37,561 nt of DNA from an uncultured archaeon. GTDB lineage: Archaea > Altiarchaeota > Altiarchaeia > IMC4 > SCGC-AAA252-I15. Positions 1 through 9,398 of this stretch are shown piece after piece (the stretch's first letter is position 1; each line of letters opens with the position of its first letter). Location of the stretch: positions 1-37,561 of the forward strand of contig CABMCB010000047.1 in the NCBI GenBank assembly GCA_902384455.1, read 5' to 3'. Below the pieces are notes generated by a model. That model was not told the DNA's origin. It did no database searches and saw nothing but the letters and a program-made list of their open reading frames with translations. A program made the translations under genes and the position numbers.

Positions 1-38
1 CCGTTGTGGTGGTTTAATAGGTTGTAGTAGTCGTTGTA

Positions 39-1556
39 TTATCCCGGGGTGATGGAGTCGTCTTCGCCTCCGTTTTCAGGGTGGCAGAGTCCGTCTGTCC
101 CAAGGTAGTATCCTGGGTCGCAGGTTAAGCATTGGTTGTTGAAGCACACGGAATCCAAGCAGTATGTTCCGCTGTTGCCGCACTCCGGGTGGCATAAGCG
201 GTCTTCGCCCAGAAGATATCCCGTATCGCAAGCATCTCCCTGGCTATTGTACTGCGGATAACATAGTCCACCTTCCCCGAGAGTGTATCCTGGGTCGCAG
301 CTTAAGCATCTGCCGTTGTAGCAGACGGCGTCTCCTGTGCAGTATGTTCCTGTGCCGCATTCCGGGTGGCATAGTCTGTCTTGCCCGTAAACATAACCCT
401 GCTGGCATTCCGGAACAAAAAAATTGAACACTGGCGGAGCGATTCTCTTTATTACTCTGCTTACCGGGTCGTTGCAGGAAAACAAGAATCCGCTCTCGCA
501 GCCGTCAACCCCATCTGTTGGAGGCGCCTGCTTGTATCTGCAGGTGTGCGTGTCCAAGTCGCATTCCTTCCCTGTTTCGCAGACGGAGTCTTTGGTGCAG
601 TAATCTCCGTTAGAACTGGCGTTCAAGCAGGCAATCAGTTGAGTCATCTGACTGCTGTTTGACTTAAACAACTTCAGGTAATTGTTTGCCTTCACAGAGA
701 AGTCGTCGGCGTAGCCGCTTCCTCCGTTTATCTTCTTGCCGACAGTCCAATACGCCCCCTCCTCAGAAAGCTCAACAAGATTACTCTCATTACTTTTGGT
801 TCCAATATAATACGAAGCAAATACTCTACCCGCATACTCAGGCAGCAACGCCTTAACTTGAGGGCACACATTTTCATCGGTCACAGTACAATGCTTCTGG
901 TTCTTGCAGCCGCACAAGTCCAACTCAGGCGTCGAATTCCCGACGCACTCTTCCCCGCAATACTTCTCATAATTCTCCTTGTGAGTAATCTGAATGTACC
1001 CCCTCCCCTTGTAATCAACACCTCCGCTGTAAGGCGTCTTCCTGCATTTACTCCCAATCTTATAGGAGCAATTGCCGCCCATGCCGTAATCGCCGTTTTC
1101 CTCAACCGGCAGAAAATCCTCTCCGCCCACCTCCTTCTCAAGCGTCGCCATCACAGCCGCCAACAAATCAGGCGTAACCTCAACATTCCGCTCCTTGAAA
1201 GCAGAACTAATAGAGTATAACGCCGTCGCCAAGTTCCTGTTTTTCTTCGGCCCATACTTGAAAAGCCACGGGAAATCCTTTATGTCGCATGAACCCCCAA
1301 CATCCCCAAAAGTTTCATTACAGCCGGAAGAATTAGTTATAACGCCAACAGCCTCAATCCTCCTGTCATGGCAGACTCCTTCAGCCGGAAACCAACCGCA
1401 GTAAGTTAAATCAGGATTCCCGCCTCCCGCAACCTGCGTGCACGAAAGACAAGTCTTGTATGCGCCGCAAGGGTCTGCTTCAGCGCTGACGTAACCAACA
1501 GCAAAAAGAATAAACAAAATGGCTACGGCAACTTTCAAAAAGCTTCCAACCACCAC
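39..1556 (-). CDS. Secreted glycoside hydrolase family 19 (chitinase/lysozyme-like) protein with N-terminal PSI-like Cys domain and C-terminal Cys-rich repeats
   Basis: Signal peptide. GH19 motifs AAVMATLEKEVGG..PVEE (candidate catalytic Glu residues), YKGRGYIQITHKENY and KKINGG. Duplicated C-terminal C..GY..G.D.LCHPECG..GTYC....C....CL.CDPGY.LG..GLC.P unit. Confidence 0.8.
   Translation of the reverse strand: MVVGSFLKVAVAILFILFAVGYVSAEADPCGAYKTCLSCTQVAGGGNPDLTYCGWFPAEGVCHDRRIEAVGVITNSSGCNETFGDVGGSCDIKDFPWLFKYGPKKNRNLATALYSISSAFKERNVEVTPDLLAAVMATLEKEVGGEDFLPVEENGDYGMGGNCSYKIGSKCRKTPYSGGVDYKGRGYIQITHKENYEKYCGEECVGNSTPELDLCGCKNQKHCTVTDENVCPQVKALLPEYAGRVFASYYIGTKSNESNLVELSEEGAYWTVGKKINGGSGYADDFSVKANNYLKLFKSNSSQMTQLIACLNASSNGDYCTKDSVCETGKECDLDTHTCRYKQAPPTDGVDGCESGFLFSCNDPVSRVIKRIAPPVFNFFVPECQQGYVYGQDRLCHPECGTGTYCTGDAVCYNGRCLSCDPGYTLGEGGLCYPQYNSQGDACDTGYLLGEDRLCHPECGNSGTYCLDSVCFNNQCLTCDPGYYLGTDGLCHPENGGEDDSITPG
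79..410 (-). repeat. Intragenic tandem duplication (~177-nt offset, 59 aa) of a Cys-rich module
   Basis: gtatcctgggtcgcag occurs at 108 and 285. tccgggtggcata and gcagtatgttcc also occur in both copies. Confidence 0.85.
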
Positions 1557-1629
1557 TTGCTTCTACCCCGTTATACTTTCCCTGCAAGATTATTTATACC
1601 AACAAAACACGCCATCCACCCTACCGCCT

Positions 1630-1899
1630 TCACTTTATCGGTTTGCCGCATTGGGTGCAGAATTTAGTGCCCAAAGGAAAATCCATCTGACATTTCCTGC
1701 AGGATGCGACCAGTTTCGCACCGCATTCAGGACAGAACTTAAGGCCCTCTTCTATGGGTTTCTTGCATTTCGGGCATCTTCTTTGGCCGCCGTCGTTTTG
1801 GCCTTCTATGGTTTTGTTTATTCTTCCGGTTATTTTCTCGGTCGCTCTTCCTTCTAAATCGCTTTTTACGTTTCCGAGAATGTTGTCTAGGATGCCCAT
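1630..1899 (-). CDS. Double zinc-ribbon domain protein
   Basis: CPKC..FCPECG..CRKC..FCTQCG (four CxxC pairs). Confidence 0.85.
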   Translation of the reverse strand: MGILDNILGNVKSDLEGRATEKITGRINKTIEGQNDGGQRRCPKCKKPIEEGLKFCPECGAKLVASCRKCQMDFPLGTKFCTQCGKPIK

Positions 1900-2022
1900 C
1901 TAGGATATATTAAAAAAGTGTATTTAAGACTGTATCCGGGCCACTTCGTTGTTAGATTTTTTTTTGGGAATGTTTTGCGTCTTATTAACCGTTTATTCCA
2001 AGGTCGTAATGGGTGGGAGTGT

Positions 2023-4317
2023 TTGAGGGTATTTGCCGGTGTAGCCGTTTTGTTTCTTTTGGCCTTGTGCGTTGACGCGGGAATTACTGACTGTGCGCCT
2101 GGTTATCGGTTTGACCGGATGTCGGGTGTTGGCTGCGTCCAGGATAAGTGCAGGGAGGTTCCTCATGCGTTCTACAATTACGTGGGATACTGCGTCTGCT
2201 CAGCTTGCGGCGAGGTGGGTTGTTCTGGGGACAAGGGATTTGAGAAGGAGTGCCGTAGGGCGGCCGACGACAAGAGCTGCCCCAGCTGCGTCTACGCCTG
2301 CATAAACCCGAAGGACAAGTGTCCTGGCGAGAAGGATGCTGCGGTCGCATCTTCGGCGCAGACGGCTACGACTCTTTCTGCCGTCCAGAATCCGACGTCA
2401 ACTTCTCTTGCGGTGAAATCGAACGAAAATAATACGCCTGTGAAAGTGAAGGGGCGGATGATGGCCTTTGGGAAGCCGCTGAGGTTCATCCGCATGTACT
2501 GCGGCGATGGCAGGGTTGAGGTGACAACCGACGGGAACGGGGAATTCGAGTTTGAGGCGGAAGGGGGGGCTGTCGGGGAGAATTACTCCTGCGAGATTCG
2601 GTTCGAGTACGTCCGCAACGACAGGACGTACTTCCAGATACACGCTACAGACGACATGGGCGTCCAGAACCTTGTTCATTCCTTCGAACTTAAAGAAGGC
2701 GGGGTCTCGGAAGACATGGACATGGTGAAGCTCCTGGCCGAAGACTCGGAAGGCGGCGAGGCCCTCGCCGCCATCTACACCCACATGAGCGAGGCCTTGG
2801 AGTTCTACATTGACGGGCTAAAGGAGGACTTAGACTTTCAGCTTCCTCTCCATGTCCACGCTTTCATGCCGGATGACCCGGAAAAGTCGCGGGCGGAGTA
2901 CAACGGCGACAACGGCGTAAGCTCCATAAACATTCAGACGCGGGACTCCATTCAGGGGAGCCCCGACCGCCAGATAATGCTCTACCACGAGTTCAGCCAC
3001 TACGTCATGCAGGCCCTATACGGAAAATGGCCGTACCCTGAAGGCGAGATGCCCGTCAAGGAGCGGAACCATGGCGGCCTCCTTAATCCCAGTACGTCTG
3101 ACACTTATGTGGAGGCGTTTGCGACGTTCATGTCGGTTGTGATGTTGAAGAACTACGGTGACTCAGATACTTCCGGTCTTGACCCGTCGAAGATGAGTGT
3201 GCGGGAGCTTATCGCCGTCTACGGCAACGCTCAGATTAGCGACCTGGAGGAGGACCATACTGCGTGGGAGAAGAATGGCAGGATGGAGGAGGTTGCGGGC
3301 GCGGGCATCCTCTGGGACCTTGTCGACGGGGAGGACGACTATCATACCCTCACTCCGGAGCAGATGTATGCGAACTACTTGGAGTGGAAGAAGGACAGGG
3401 AGGAGTTTAATGAGTACACCCGCAGGGAGTACCCAGAGGAGACCCTCCTCCCAGTGCCTGAATACACCCTTGAGGATATGCGGACGGCGAAGCTCGACGA
3501 CGACCGCGTGGAGCTCGACTTCCAGAAAGACGTATGGCCCGTCCTCAGGACGTACCACAGCGACTTCTCAGACGTCTACGCCGACATAGTCAAGAAGCGC
3601 CCGGACCAGAAGAAAGGCATAGACGAGGTGTTCGTAAAACACGGCTTCTTCCGCGACGACCAGCGGGGCAACGGCGCATACGACGAATTCGAGCCATTCG
3701 ACGACGTCAACAAGAACGGGGTGCGCGACGAAGGCGAATACTTCGTAGACCTCTCCAGCGAAACGCCCCAGTACCGCCCCAACCAAACAATCGGAGCCCC
3801 AGCCAACTACCAGCGCCTAACGCGACACAGCCCACTAGAAGTTCCAGGCCAATACATAAAAGTGGGCAACGAGGTGCCGTACTACCGGGTAGGCGTATTC
3901 TACCCGAACAAGCCGCAGCTTACGCACACTTACAGGACGCGAAACATAAACGGCAAAATATACATCCGCGTCCCGCCGGCAGGCTACAACGCAACCATAC
4001 TAATCGCGGCGGAAGGGGTGACGACGGGCAGCCCGCTGGTGTTTACCTCGGAGAAATTCAACAGGGATTATCCGCAGTCCGCGGAAAGGGGATACTTTGT
4101 CGAACACGACTTCAACGTCTCAGGAGAAATACCCCCACAGCCGGCGGAACCGAAACTACACGGCAGCCTAATTTCCTCCACTGCGAAAGTGCCCGGTTGG
4201 ATGTGGATTGCAGTCGCAGGAGGCACCGCAGCAACAATAGGGCTAATCGTATGCGCGGCCGTCGCTTTCATCCTGATTCTGGCCGCGGTAAAATATGTCA
4301 GTCGGCGGAAAACTTAG
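2023..4317 (+). CDS. Membrane-anchored secreted zinc metalloprotease (HExxH, gluzincin-like) with Cys-rich N-terminus
   Basis: ORF 1918-4317; likely TTG start at 2023 after GGGTGGGAG, giving a signal peptide. YHEFSHY at 2983-3003, downstream YVEAFATF third-ligand motif, ILWDL motif, DxNxNGxxDxGE Ca-binding-like motifs, C-terminal TM helix plus basic tail. Confidence 0.75.
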   Translation: MRVFAGVAVLFLLALCVDAGITDCAPGYRFDRMSGVGCVQDKCREVPHAFYNYVGYCVCSACGEVGCSGDKGFEKECRRAADDKSCPSCVYACINPKDKCPGEKDAAVASSAQTATTLSAVQNPTSTSLAVKSNENNTPVKVKGRMMAFGKPLRFIRMYCGDGRVEVTTDGNGEFEFEAEGGAVGENYSCEIRFEYVRNDRTYFQIHATDDMGVQNLVHSFELKEGGVSEDMDMVKLLAEDSEGGEALAAIYTHMSEALEFYIDGLKEDLDFQLPLHVHAFMPDDPEKSRAEYNGDNGVSSINIQTRDSIQGSPDRQIMLYHEFSHYVMQALYGKWPYPEGEMPVKERNHGGLLNPSTSDTYVEAFATFMSVVMLKNYGDSDTSGLDPSKMSVRELIAVYGNAQISDLEEDHTAWEKNGRMEEVAGAGILWDLVDGEDDYHTLTPEQMYANYLEWKKDREEFNEYTRREYPEETLLPVPEYTLEDMRTAKLDDDRVELDFQKDVWPVLRTYHSDFSDVYADIVKKRPDQKKGIDEVFVKHGFFRDDQRGNGAYDEFEPFDDVNKNGVRDEGEYFVDLSSETPQYRPNQTIGAPANYQRLTRHSPLEVPGQYIKVGNEVPYYRVGVFYPNKPQLTHTYRTRNINGKIYIRVPPAGYNATILIAAEGVTTGSPLVFTSEKFNRDYPQSAERGYFVEHDFNVSGEIPPQPAEPKLHGSLISSTAKVPGWMWIAVAGGTAATIGLIVCAAVAFILILAAVKYVSRRKT

Positions 4318-4339
4318 CTTGACTAGGTTGGGTGTTTGT

Positions 4340-6544
4340 TTATTCTTCGCTTGCCGGTATTTTGTTTGCGACGATTGTTCCTATTTCTTCCAGTAATTCT
4401 GGTGAGGCTGTTCGTGAGTCGTAGTAGTAATCCTTGTTTTTAGCGCGCTGGTATGCGAGATAGTCTGTGGTGTAGCCGTTAAGGTCTGTCATTACCCAGT
4501 AGTTGCCTTTGATGAAGTAGTATGTGTAGAAGTGGTCCAGCGGTATTGATGCTGCTTCCGAGTCCCTTATTGTGTCGCAGATATATCCTGCGTCTGCGCC
4601 GGGTACTTCCAGCTCTTTTACGTATATGCCTGATTGATGGCAGTCTTTATCCTTTATCGCCAGGTTCTTCATCCCCTCCACGTTGGCAAGCGAGTTGGGG
4701 TTGGAGTCGGTATTTCTGACCCATATTCTCATGAACACTTTGCCGCCTCCCATGACGCGTTCACCTGCGCTAAGGTAGATGTTTTCTTTCGTCGTGAGGT
4801 CCGAGCAGATTACGTTAACCGTCTGCGTGGTGAATTCCGTGTCTTTGTCGTAGTACGGTTTGAACTGGTCGTCGCCGCATATGGTCCTAACCCACCCTTT
4901 GCTTACGTAAGTTTCGTCTGTAACCTTCGAGTAGGGGTCTGGCGGACACCGCTTCCACCCTAGGCTGTTCAAGTCTTCGTCGGTGAGGAAGAAGGAGTTG
5001 ACGTCAGAAGATGCGGCATACTTTATGTTTTTCCACTGGTAGTCTGTCCATGCGTGCGCGGTCCATCTGCCCATGTTGACGCGGGTGGTGACGTAGATGC
5101 CTATGTGGTTTTTCCCCGGCGTAAGCGGGACGAGAACTGGCTTTTGCTGTATGTCTGTGCGGTCGATTAATGTTTCAGTGTTTCCGTTCACTTCCTTAAA
5201 GACTTTAATCGAAAGGTACGGGTCTATTTCCTGGGTGGACGCGGGATTTTCGCATGAAACAGTAATGTTTATTCCAGGGCCGCCGACTGTCCAATCGTCC
5301 GTCAGTTCAACCAGTTTTCCGTCTTGGATTGTCTTAATTGTGCATACAGGGAATATTCCGTCGCCAACAGTCTTCTTCTCCAAATCGTCATAGCGGCTTG
5401 CGACCTCAGGCCAAGATATGAGGCCGGTTTTTCCGAAGTAGCGTATTTCGTCGTAACCGGTTTCCCCATCCTCAGCTATCGCCGCAGAGTTGGAGCCGGA
5501 ATTGTATGGGGCAAATGTTTCGCTTTCGGAATTCCAGCGTATTGAGCGGCCTGTTACTCCCGGGTAATTGGGATCTGCGACGTAGATGCGGTCTTTATCC
5601 ATCTTATAGGCGATTATGGCGTGACCTCCAACGCCTTCCTTCTTTATGCCCACGTACTGGGGTTCGCCTGTGACTAACATAGAGTAGGCGAACGCATTCC
5701 AAGTGAAAACGTCACCCAACGTCGAGAGATCCAAGAAGTACGCTCTTTCCTCACCGTCCCAATTAATCCCAGACTGAACTACAGACGCAAACTTATACGC
5801 ATCAGAATCATCCTCCCACAATTTAGGCGTCTTAACATTGTCGCCGCCGTTGTCGTCGTACAGCCCGAACAAATGAGGCTCACCTTTCACAGCCTTCTCC
5901 GAATAATACCACATCGCAGAAATACTCTGACCAGCACAATGACCACCCGGCTCAACATAAGAACCGTCATTAACAAACTCCCAATCATCAACACCCGGCC
6001 TAAAACCAGAGTCAATTCCCGCTTGAACTCTCTCCTTTAGAGTCGACTCGTTTATCATGGAGACGACTATGTTGGAGAAGTGTCTGGTTGCGATTGTTAT
6101 GGCGTATTTGTCGACTTTGGCCAGAGGTATGCCTTCAAGTTTTCCTGTCTCTTCGTCGTAGTAGAACGCCATAGCGAAGGCGCCTTCCGGAATCTGCACG
6201 GGGATTTTAAGCTTCATAACTCTCCCGGAATATTCCTCCTCCCCCCCAATTTTTATGAGAGGAGTTATGGGGTTGAAGTACTCCCCAAGGCTGTTGCTGA
6301 CAATAGGCGCATAAGAAATCCTGAAACTGCCGGATTTATTGTAGGCGCCGACGGGAACATCAAGCGTCAAACCGTTCAAAACGTCACCCGACTTCTCAAC
6401 AGAAACAACACCTCCCGAAGGCCCCAAGTCGCCCGAAGCGACATTAACGTCAGAGCCCACGCGCAGATTGTCATTTGAGACGGAACCGCAACAACCGGAA
6501 AATAAAACAACGCAAACAAGCGAGAGATACAACAAAAACCTCAT
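4340..6544 (-). CDS. Lipoprotein with ZU5-like N-terminal domain and papain-like cysteine peptidase domain
   Basis: Lipobox LFSGC. GGVVSV..GLTLDVPVGA ZU5-like segment. Cys-His-Asp order: GHCAGQS / GGHAIIAY / IYVADPNYP. Confidence 0.65.
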   Translation of the reverse strand: MRFLLYLSLVCVVLFSGCCGSVSNDNLRVGSDVNVASGDLGPSGGVVSVEKSGDVLNGLTLDVPVGAYNKSGSFRISYAPIVSNSLGEYFNPITPLIKIGGEEEYSGRVMKLKIPVQIPEGAFAMAFYYDEETGKLEGIPLAKVDKYAITIATRHFSNIVVSMINESTLKERVQAGIDSGFRPGVDDWEFVNDGSYVEPGGHCAGQSISAMWYYSEKAVKGEPHLFGLYDDNGGDNVKTPKLWEDDSDAYKFASVVQSGINWDGEERAYFLDLSTLGDVFTWNAFAYSMLVTGEPQYVGIKKEGVGGHAIIAYKMDKDRIYVADPNYPGVTGRSIRWNSESETFAPYNSGSNSAAIAEDGETGYDEIRYFGKTGLISWPEVASRYDDLEKKTVGDGIFPVCTIKTIQDGKLVELTDDWTVGGPGINITVSCENPASTQEIDPYLSIKVFKEVNGNTETLIDRTDIQQKPVLVPLTPGKNHIGIYVTTRVNMGRWTAHAWTDYQWKNIKYAASSDVNSFFLTDEDLNSLGWKRCPPDPYSKVTDETYVSKGWVRTICGDDQFKPYYDKDTEFTTQTVNVICSDLTTKENIYLSAGERVMGGGKVFMRIWVRNTDSNPNSLANVEGMKNLAIKDKDCHQSGIYVKELEVPGADAGYICDTIRDSEAASIPLDHFYTYYFIKGNYWVMTDLNGYTTDYLAYQRAKNKDYYYDSRTASPELLEEIGTIVANKIPASEE

Positions 6545-6677
6545 AAGGAAACCATTAGATACGAATTCTATTAAAGGGGTTTACTGAACACGGCCTTTTT
6601 TTGTTTGCGGTTTTTTTTTGTAAGTCCTGTGTTGATGATGTGTTTGGTATTTATCTTCTTGGAGTAATTTCTTATCG

Positions 6678-9398
6678 GTGGAGTGGTTGGTCAAAAAGTT
6701 AGCGCTGTGCTTCCTAATTTTAATTGTCTTCTCCGCATTTGTTGTCTCTCAGGACTACAGTTGCTACTACAGCAATTCGCCGATGTGCGACGGCACATGC
6801 CCCAAGGGATCTTGGTGCTCTATCGTCAAGGGCGGAGGATGCGGATGCGTCGCCTCTGAAACAACTACTACGATGCCTCAGCCCACATACTGCGGGAAAG
6901 CAGACCCCACGCAGATTTCATGCGGGGAGCAATACTGCAACAACAACGCGTACTGCACGGAGTACGCCGGCAGATGCGTCTGCAGCGACCAGCTGCCCAC
7001 AACCACGACGCAGCCGACCCAGCAGGACTGTAGTTCAATCGACCCATATAAAACAGACTGCAGCCTAGGCTACTGCCCCCTCAAAGGAAGATGCGTGGAA
7101 GACTCAGGCAGATGCGTATGCCAAGGAAAAACAACCCCAACCAAACCAAAGACAACGACAACATTCCCATACTACAACCCCACTATTGAAACGACCACAA
7201 CAATACCAAAAAACAACCCCGCAACAATAACCCTCACCCAAAACCCAACAACAGCAATAAGAGGCCGCGACATGATAAATTTCACGGCCCAAGTCCGCGA
7301 TTTTGACGGCATAAGCCGGATAACCCTTTTGATTGACAAGAAGGAAGTCAAAATCTGCGAAACCAAAGGCCTGGAGTCTTTATCGTGCTCATACAGCGGC
7401 GGCCCGTTTTACGGGAGCGGGGAAGTGTTGGTGGAGGCGACTGATGTTCTTAAGAATGTGGAATATGCGTCTGGACTGATTAGCCTGCAGGAGCCTGCGT
7501 CTGATTCGGGGTGCCCGCCAGGGTGCTCTTGCATGACTGAGGCGCAGGCGGTCTCAAGGTTTTCAGGAAACTACGAATTATGCAGCGGCGGCTTGGGAAC
7601 CTGCGGGGCACCAGCAACTCCCCCAGCAGGCGGCGGAGTGACATCAAGCGGAGGATTCACAGGCGGCGTAACATTGCCTGCAAGCCAATCGCGCTGCTAC
7701 CGTGAAGGCCCAACTTGTCCGGCAGGGTGCTCGTGCCTCACTGAGTCGGAGGCGCAGGCAATGTTTGGCAGGGGACGGTACAAGCCGTGCCAGTGTTCCG
7801 CTTCAGCGTGCGGAGGCGGAAAATCATGTTACGAGCGTGGGTGCGTTAAAGTCCGCGGGACGCTTAGGCCGCTGGGCGCCGCATATCAGCCGTATGTGCA
7901 GGTGGCTGCTTCAAGCGGCAGCGACAGCATGCTTATCCCCTCGATTGCCCCCCCTAACGGCTCTGGGGGATACTTGACTTATCAGGCGTGTCTGCCGCAG
8001 GGCCGTTGGGAACTCGTTCCTGTAACAAGTTCCGTAACGACTTGCCACACTTGCAGCGTCTCCGGTTCGTGGGACCCTCGGAATGCCGTCGTTGACGTCT
8101 CGGACTTGTGCGCTTCAGACGAGGTAAGGGACTTTGAGAATCTGGGTGCCGGGGGATCGGACGCCATCGCGCCTGAAGTCCGCATTGAAGTAGCCCCCTC
8201 AGAATTGCATTCAAGCACTTTAGTCAACGTCTCAGTTTCGGCCAATGACGCAGGCGGCGTAACGAACATTGCGATATTTGAGTCCGGAACCGACTTAGCG
8301 TGCAATCTCATCCCTGAGCATTTGGTTGCCGAATGCTGCATCAACAGCACAGCACCTCCACGGTGTTCTTACCTGAACGGCCCGGTCGCAAACTACAGCG
8401 TAGTCACATACAGGGCGCAATCATACGACACCGCGTGCAACATAAAATCAGAGTCAATAACCCGCGAAGTAATCGCCGACCCCATGGCAATTCAGATGGG
8501 GATGATGTGCACATGCAGGGAGGGCACCCAGTTCATGGCTCCATTCGACCAGTGGGATGACGTTGTGGTCGCGGACGTGTTGGGGCTTAATCGGAGCCAG
8601 ATTATTCACGCTCACGCAACCGGCGGAATGATTTACCTCTACAACGTCAGCGGTTCGGTTCTTGCCAACTTCAGCTCCGTCTACGGGAGTCACGACAGGA
8701 TTGCCGCCGGAGACGTCAACGCAGACGGAAGAGCCGAAGTCGTGGTGGCGCACGCCTCAGACTCCAGAGCATACGTCTACAGTAGAAGCGGCTTGGTCGG
8801 AAGCTTCAACATTCATTTCATCGCAAACGACGGATTCGCAGTCGGCGACATTTTAGGCGACAATCGGGCCGAAATTCTCGTGGCGTCAGTGAGAGACGGC
8901 ATGATTTATGTTTACGACGGGGCGGGAGCGAACGTATCGTCAAACTGGATTGCCGATTCCCCAGGATTCAGATACACCGCGGACTCTCCAGGACACGACG
9001 GATTCGCAGTCGCAGACGTCATAGGAGACGCGAAAGCCGATGTCATACTCCTCAAAAACTCCGACAAAAAACTTACGGTGTATGAGCCGACGCGGATGAT
9101 GCCAAAAATCCAAGTCACCGTCGACCGATGGAACACGCTTAGCGGACTGGCTGCGGCCGACTTTTACGGCGACGAAAACGCGGAGTTCCTTGTCGGCTCC
9201 CCGGACGACGGCGCAGTATACGTGTACGACGTTTTCGGCGTACTCAAGACCAATTATTTCCCCTTCATGGGATACGACGGACTGGCTGCAGGCGACTTAA
9301 ACGGCGACGGCAAGGCGGAATACGTGGTGGCGATGACGCACGACAAGGCGATGTATGTTGAGCCGGGAGGCGACGCGACAACGGGGTGGATGAATTGA
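6678..9398 (+). CDS. Secreted Cys-rich surface protein with Ig-like segments and C-terminal FG-GAP/VCBS repeats
   Basis: Signal peptide, Thr-rich linkers, two CP.GCSC.TE..A repeats. Repeated A.GD..GD.R/KAE.VVA motifs (GDVNADGRAEVVVA, GDILGDNRAEILVA, GDLNGDGKAEYVVA). Confidence 0.75.
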   Translation: MEWLVKKLALCFLILIVFSAFVVSQDYSCYYSNSPMCDGTCPKGSWCSIVKGGGCGCVASETTTTMPQPTYCGKADPTQISCGEQYCNNNAYCTEYAGRCVCSDQLPTTTTQPTQQDCSSIDPYKTDCSLGYCPLKGRCVEDSGRCVCQGKTTPTKPKTTTTFPYYNPTIETTTTIPKNNPATITLTQNPTTAIRGRDMINFTAQVRDFDGISRITLLIDKKEVKICETKGLESLSCSYSGGPFYGSGEVLVEATDVLKNVEYASGLISLQEPASDSGCPPGCSCMTEAQAVSRFSGNYELCSGGLGTCGAPATPPAGGGVTSSGGFTGGVTLPASQSRCYREGPTCPAGCSCLTESEAQAMFGRGRYKPCQCSASACGGGKSCYERGCVKVRGTLRPLGAAYQPYVQVAASSGSDSMLIPSIAPPNGSGGYLTYQACLPQGRWELVPVTSSVTTCHTCSVSGSWDPRNAVVDVSDLCASDEVRDFENLGAGGSDAIAPEVRIEVAPSELHSSTLVNVSVSANDAGGVTNIAIFESGTDLACNLIPEHLVAECCINSTAPPRCSYLNGPVANYSVVTYRAQSYDTACNIKSESITREVIADPMAIQMGMMCTCREGTQFMAPFDQWDDVVVADVLGLNRSQIIHAHATGGMIYLYNVSGSVLANFSSVYGSHDRIAAGDVNADGRAEVVVAHASDSRAYVYSRSGLVGSFNIHFIANDGFAVGDILGDNRAEILVASVRDGMIYVYDGAGANVSSNWIADSPGFRYTADSPGHDGFAVADVIGDAKADVILLKNSDKKLTVYEPTRMMPKIQVTVDRWNTLSGLAAADFYGDENAEFLVGSPDDGAVYVYDVFGVLKTNYFPFMGYDGLAAGDLNGDGKAEYVVAMTHDKAMYVEPGGDATTGWMN

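Noticed and set aside
79-410. DGR template/variable repeat pair or CRISPR array
   Set aside because: Both copies are in frame in one CDS, differences are not adenine-specific and include indels, and there is no reverse transcriptase or repeat-spacer pattern
1918-2022. N-terminal extension of the metalloprotease ORF
   Set aside because: Spans the divergent promoter region; the signal peptide and SD-like motif fit TTG 2023
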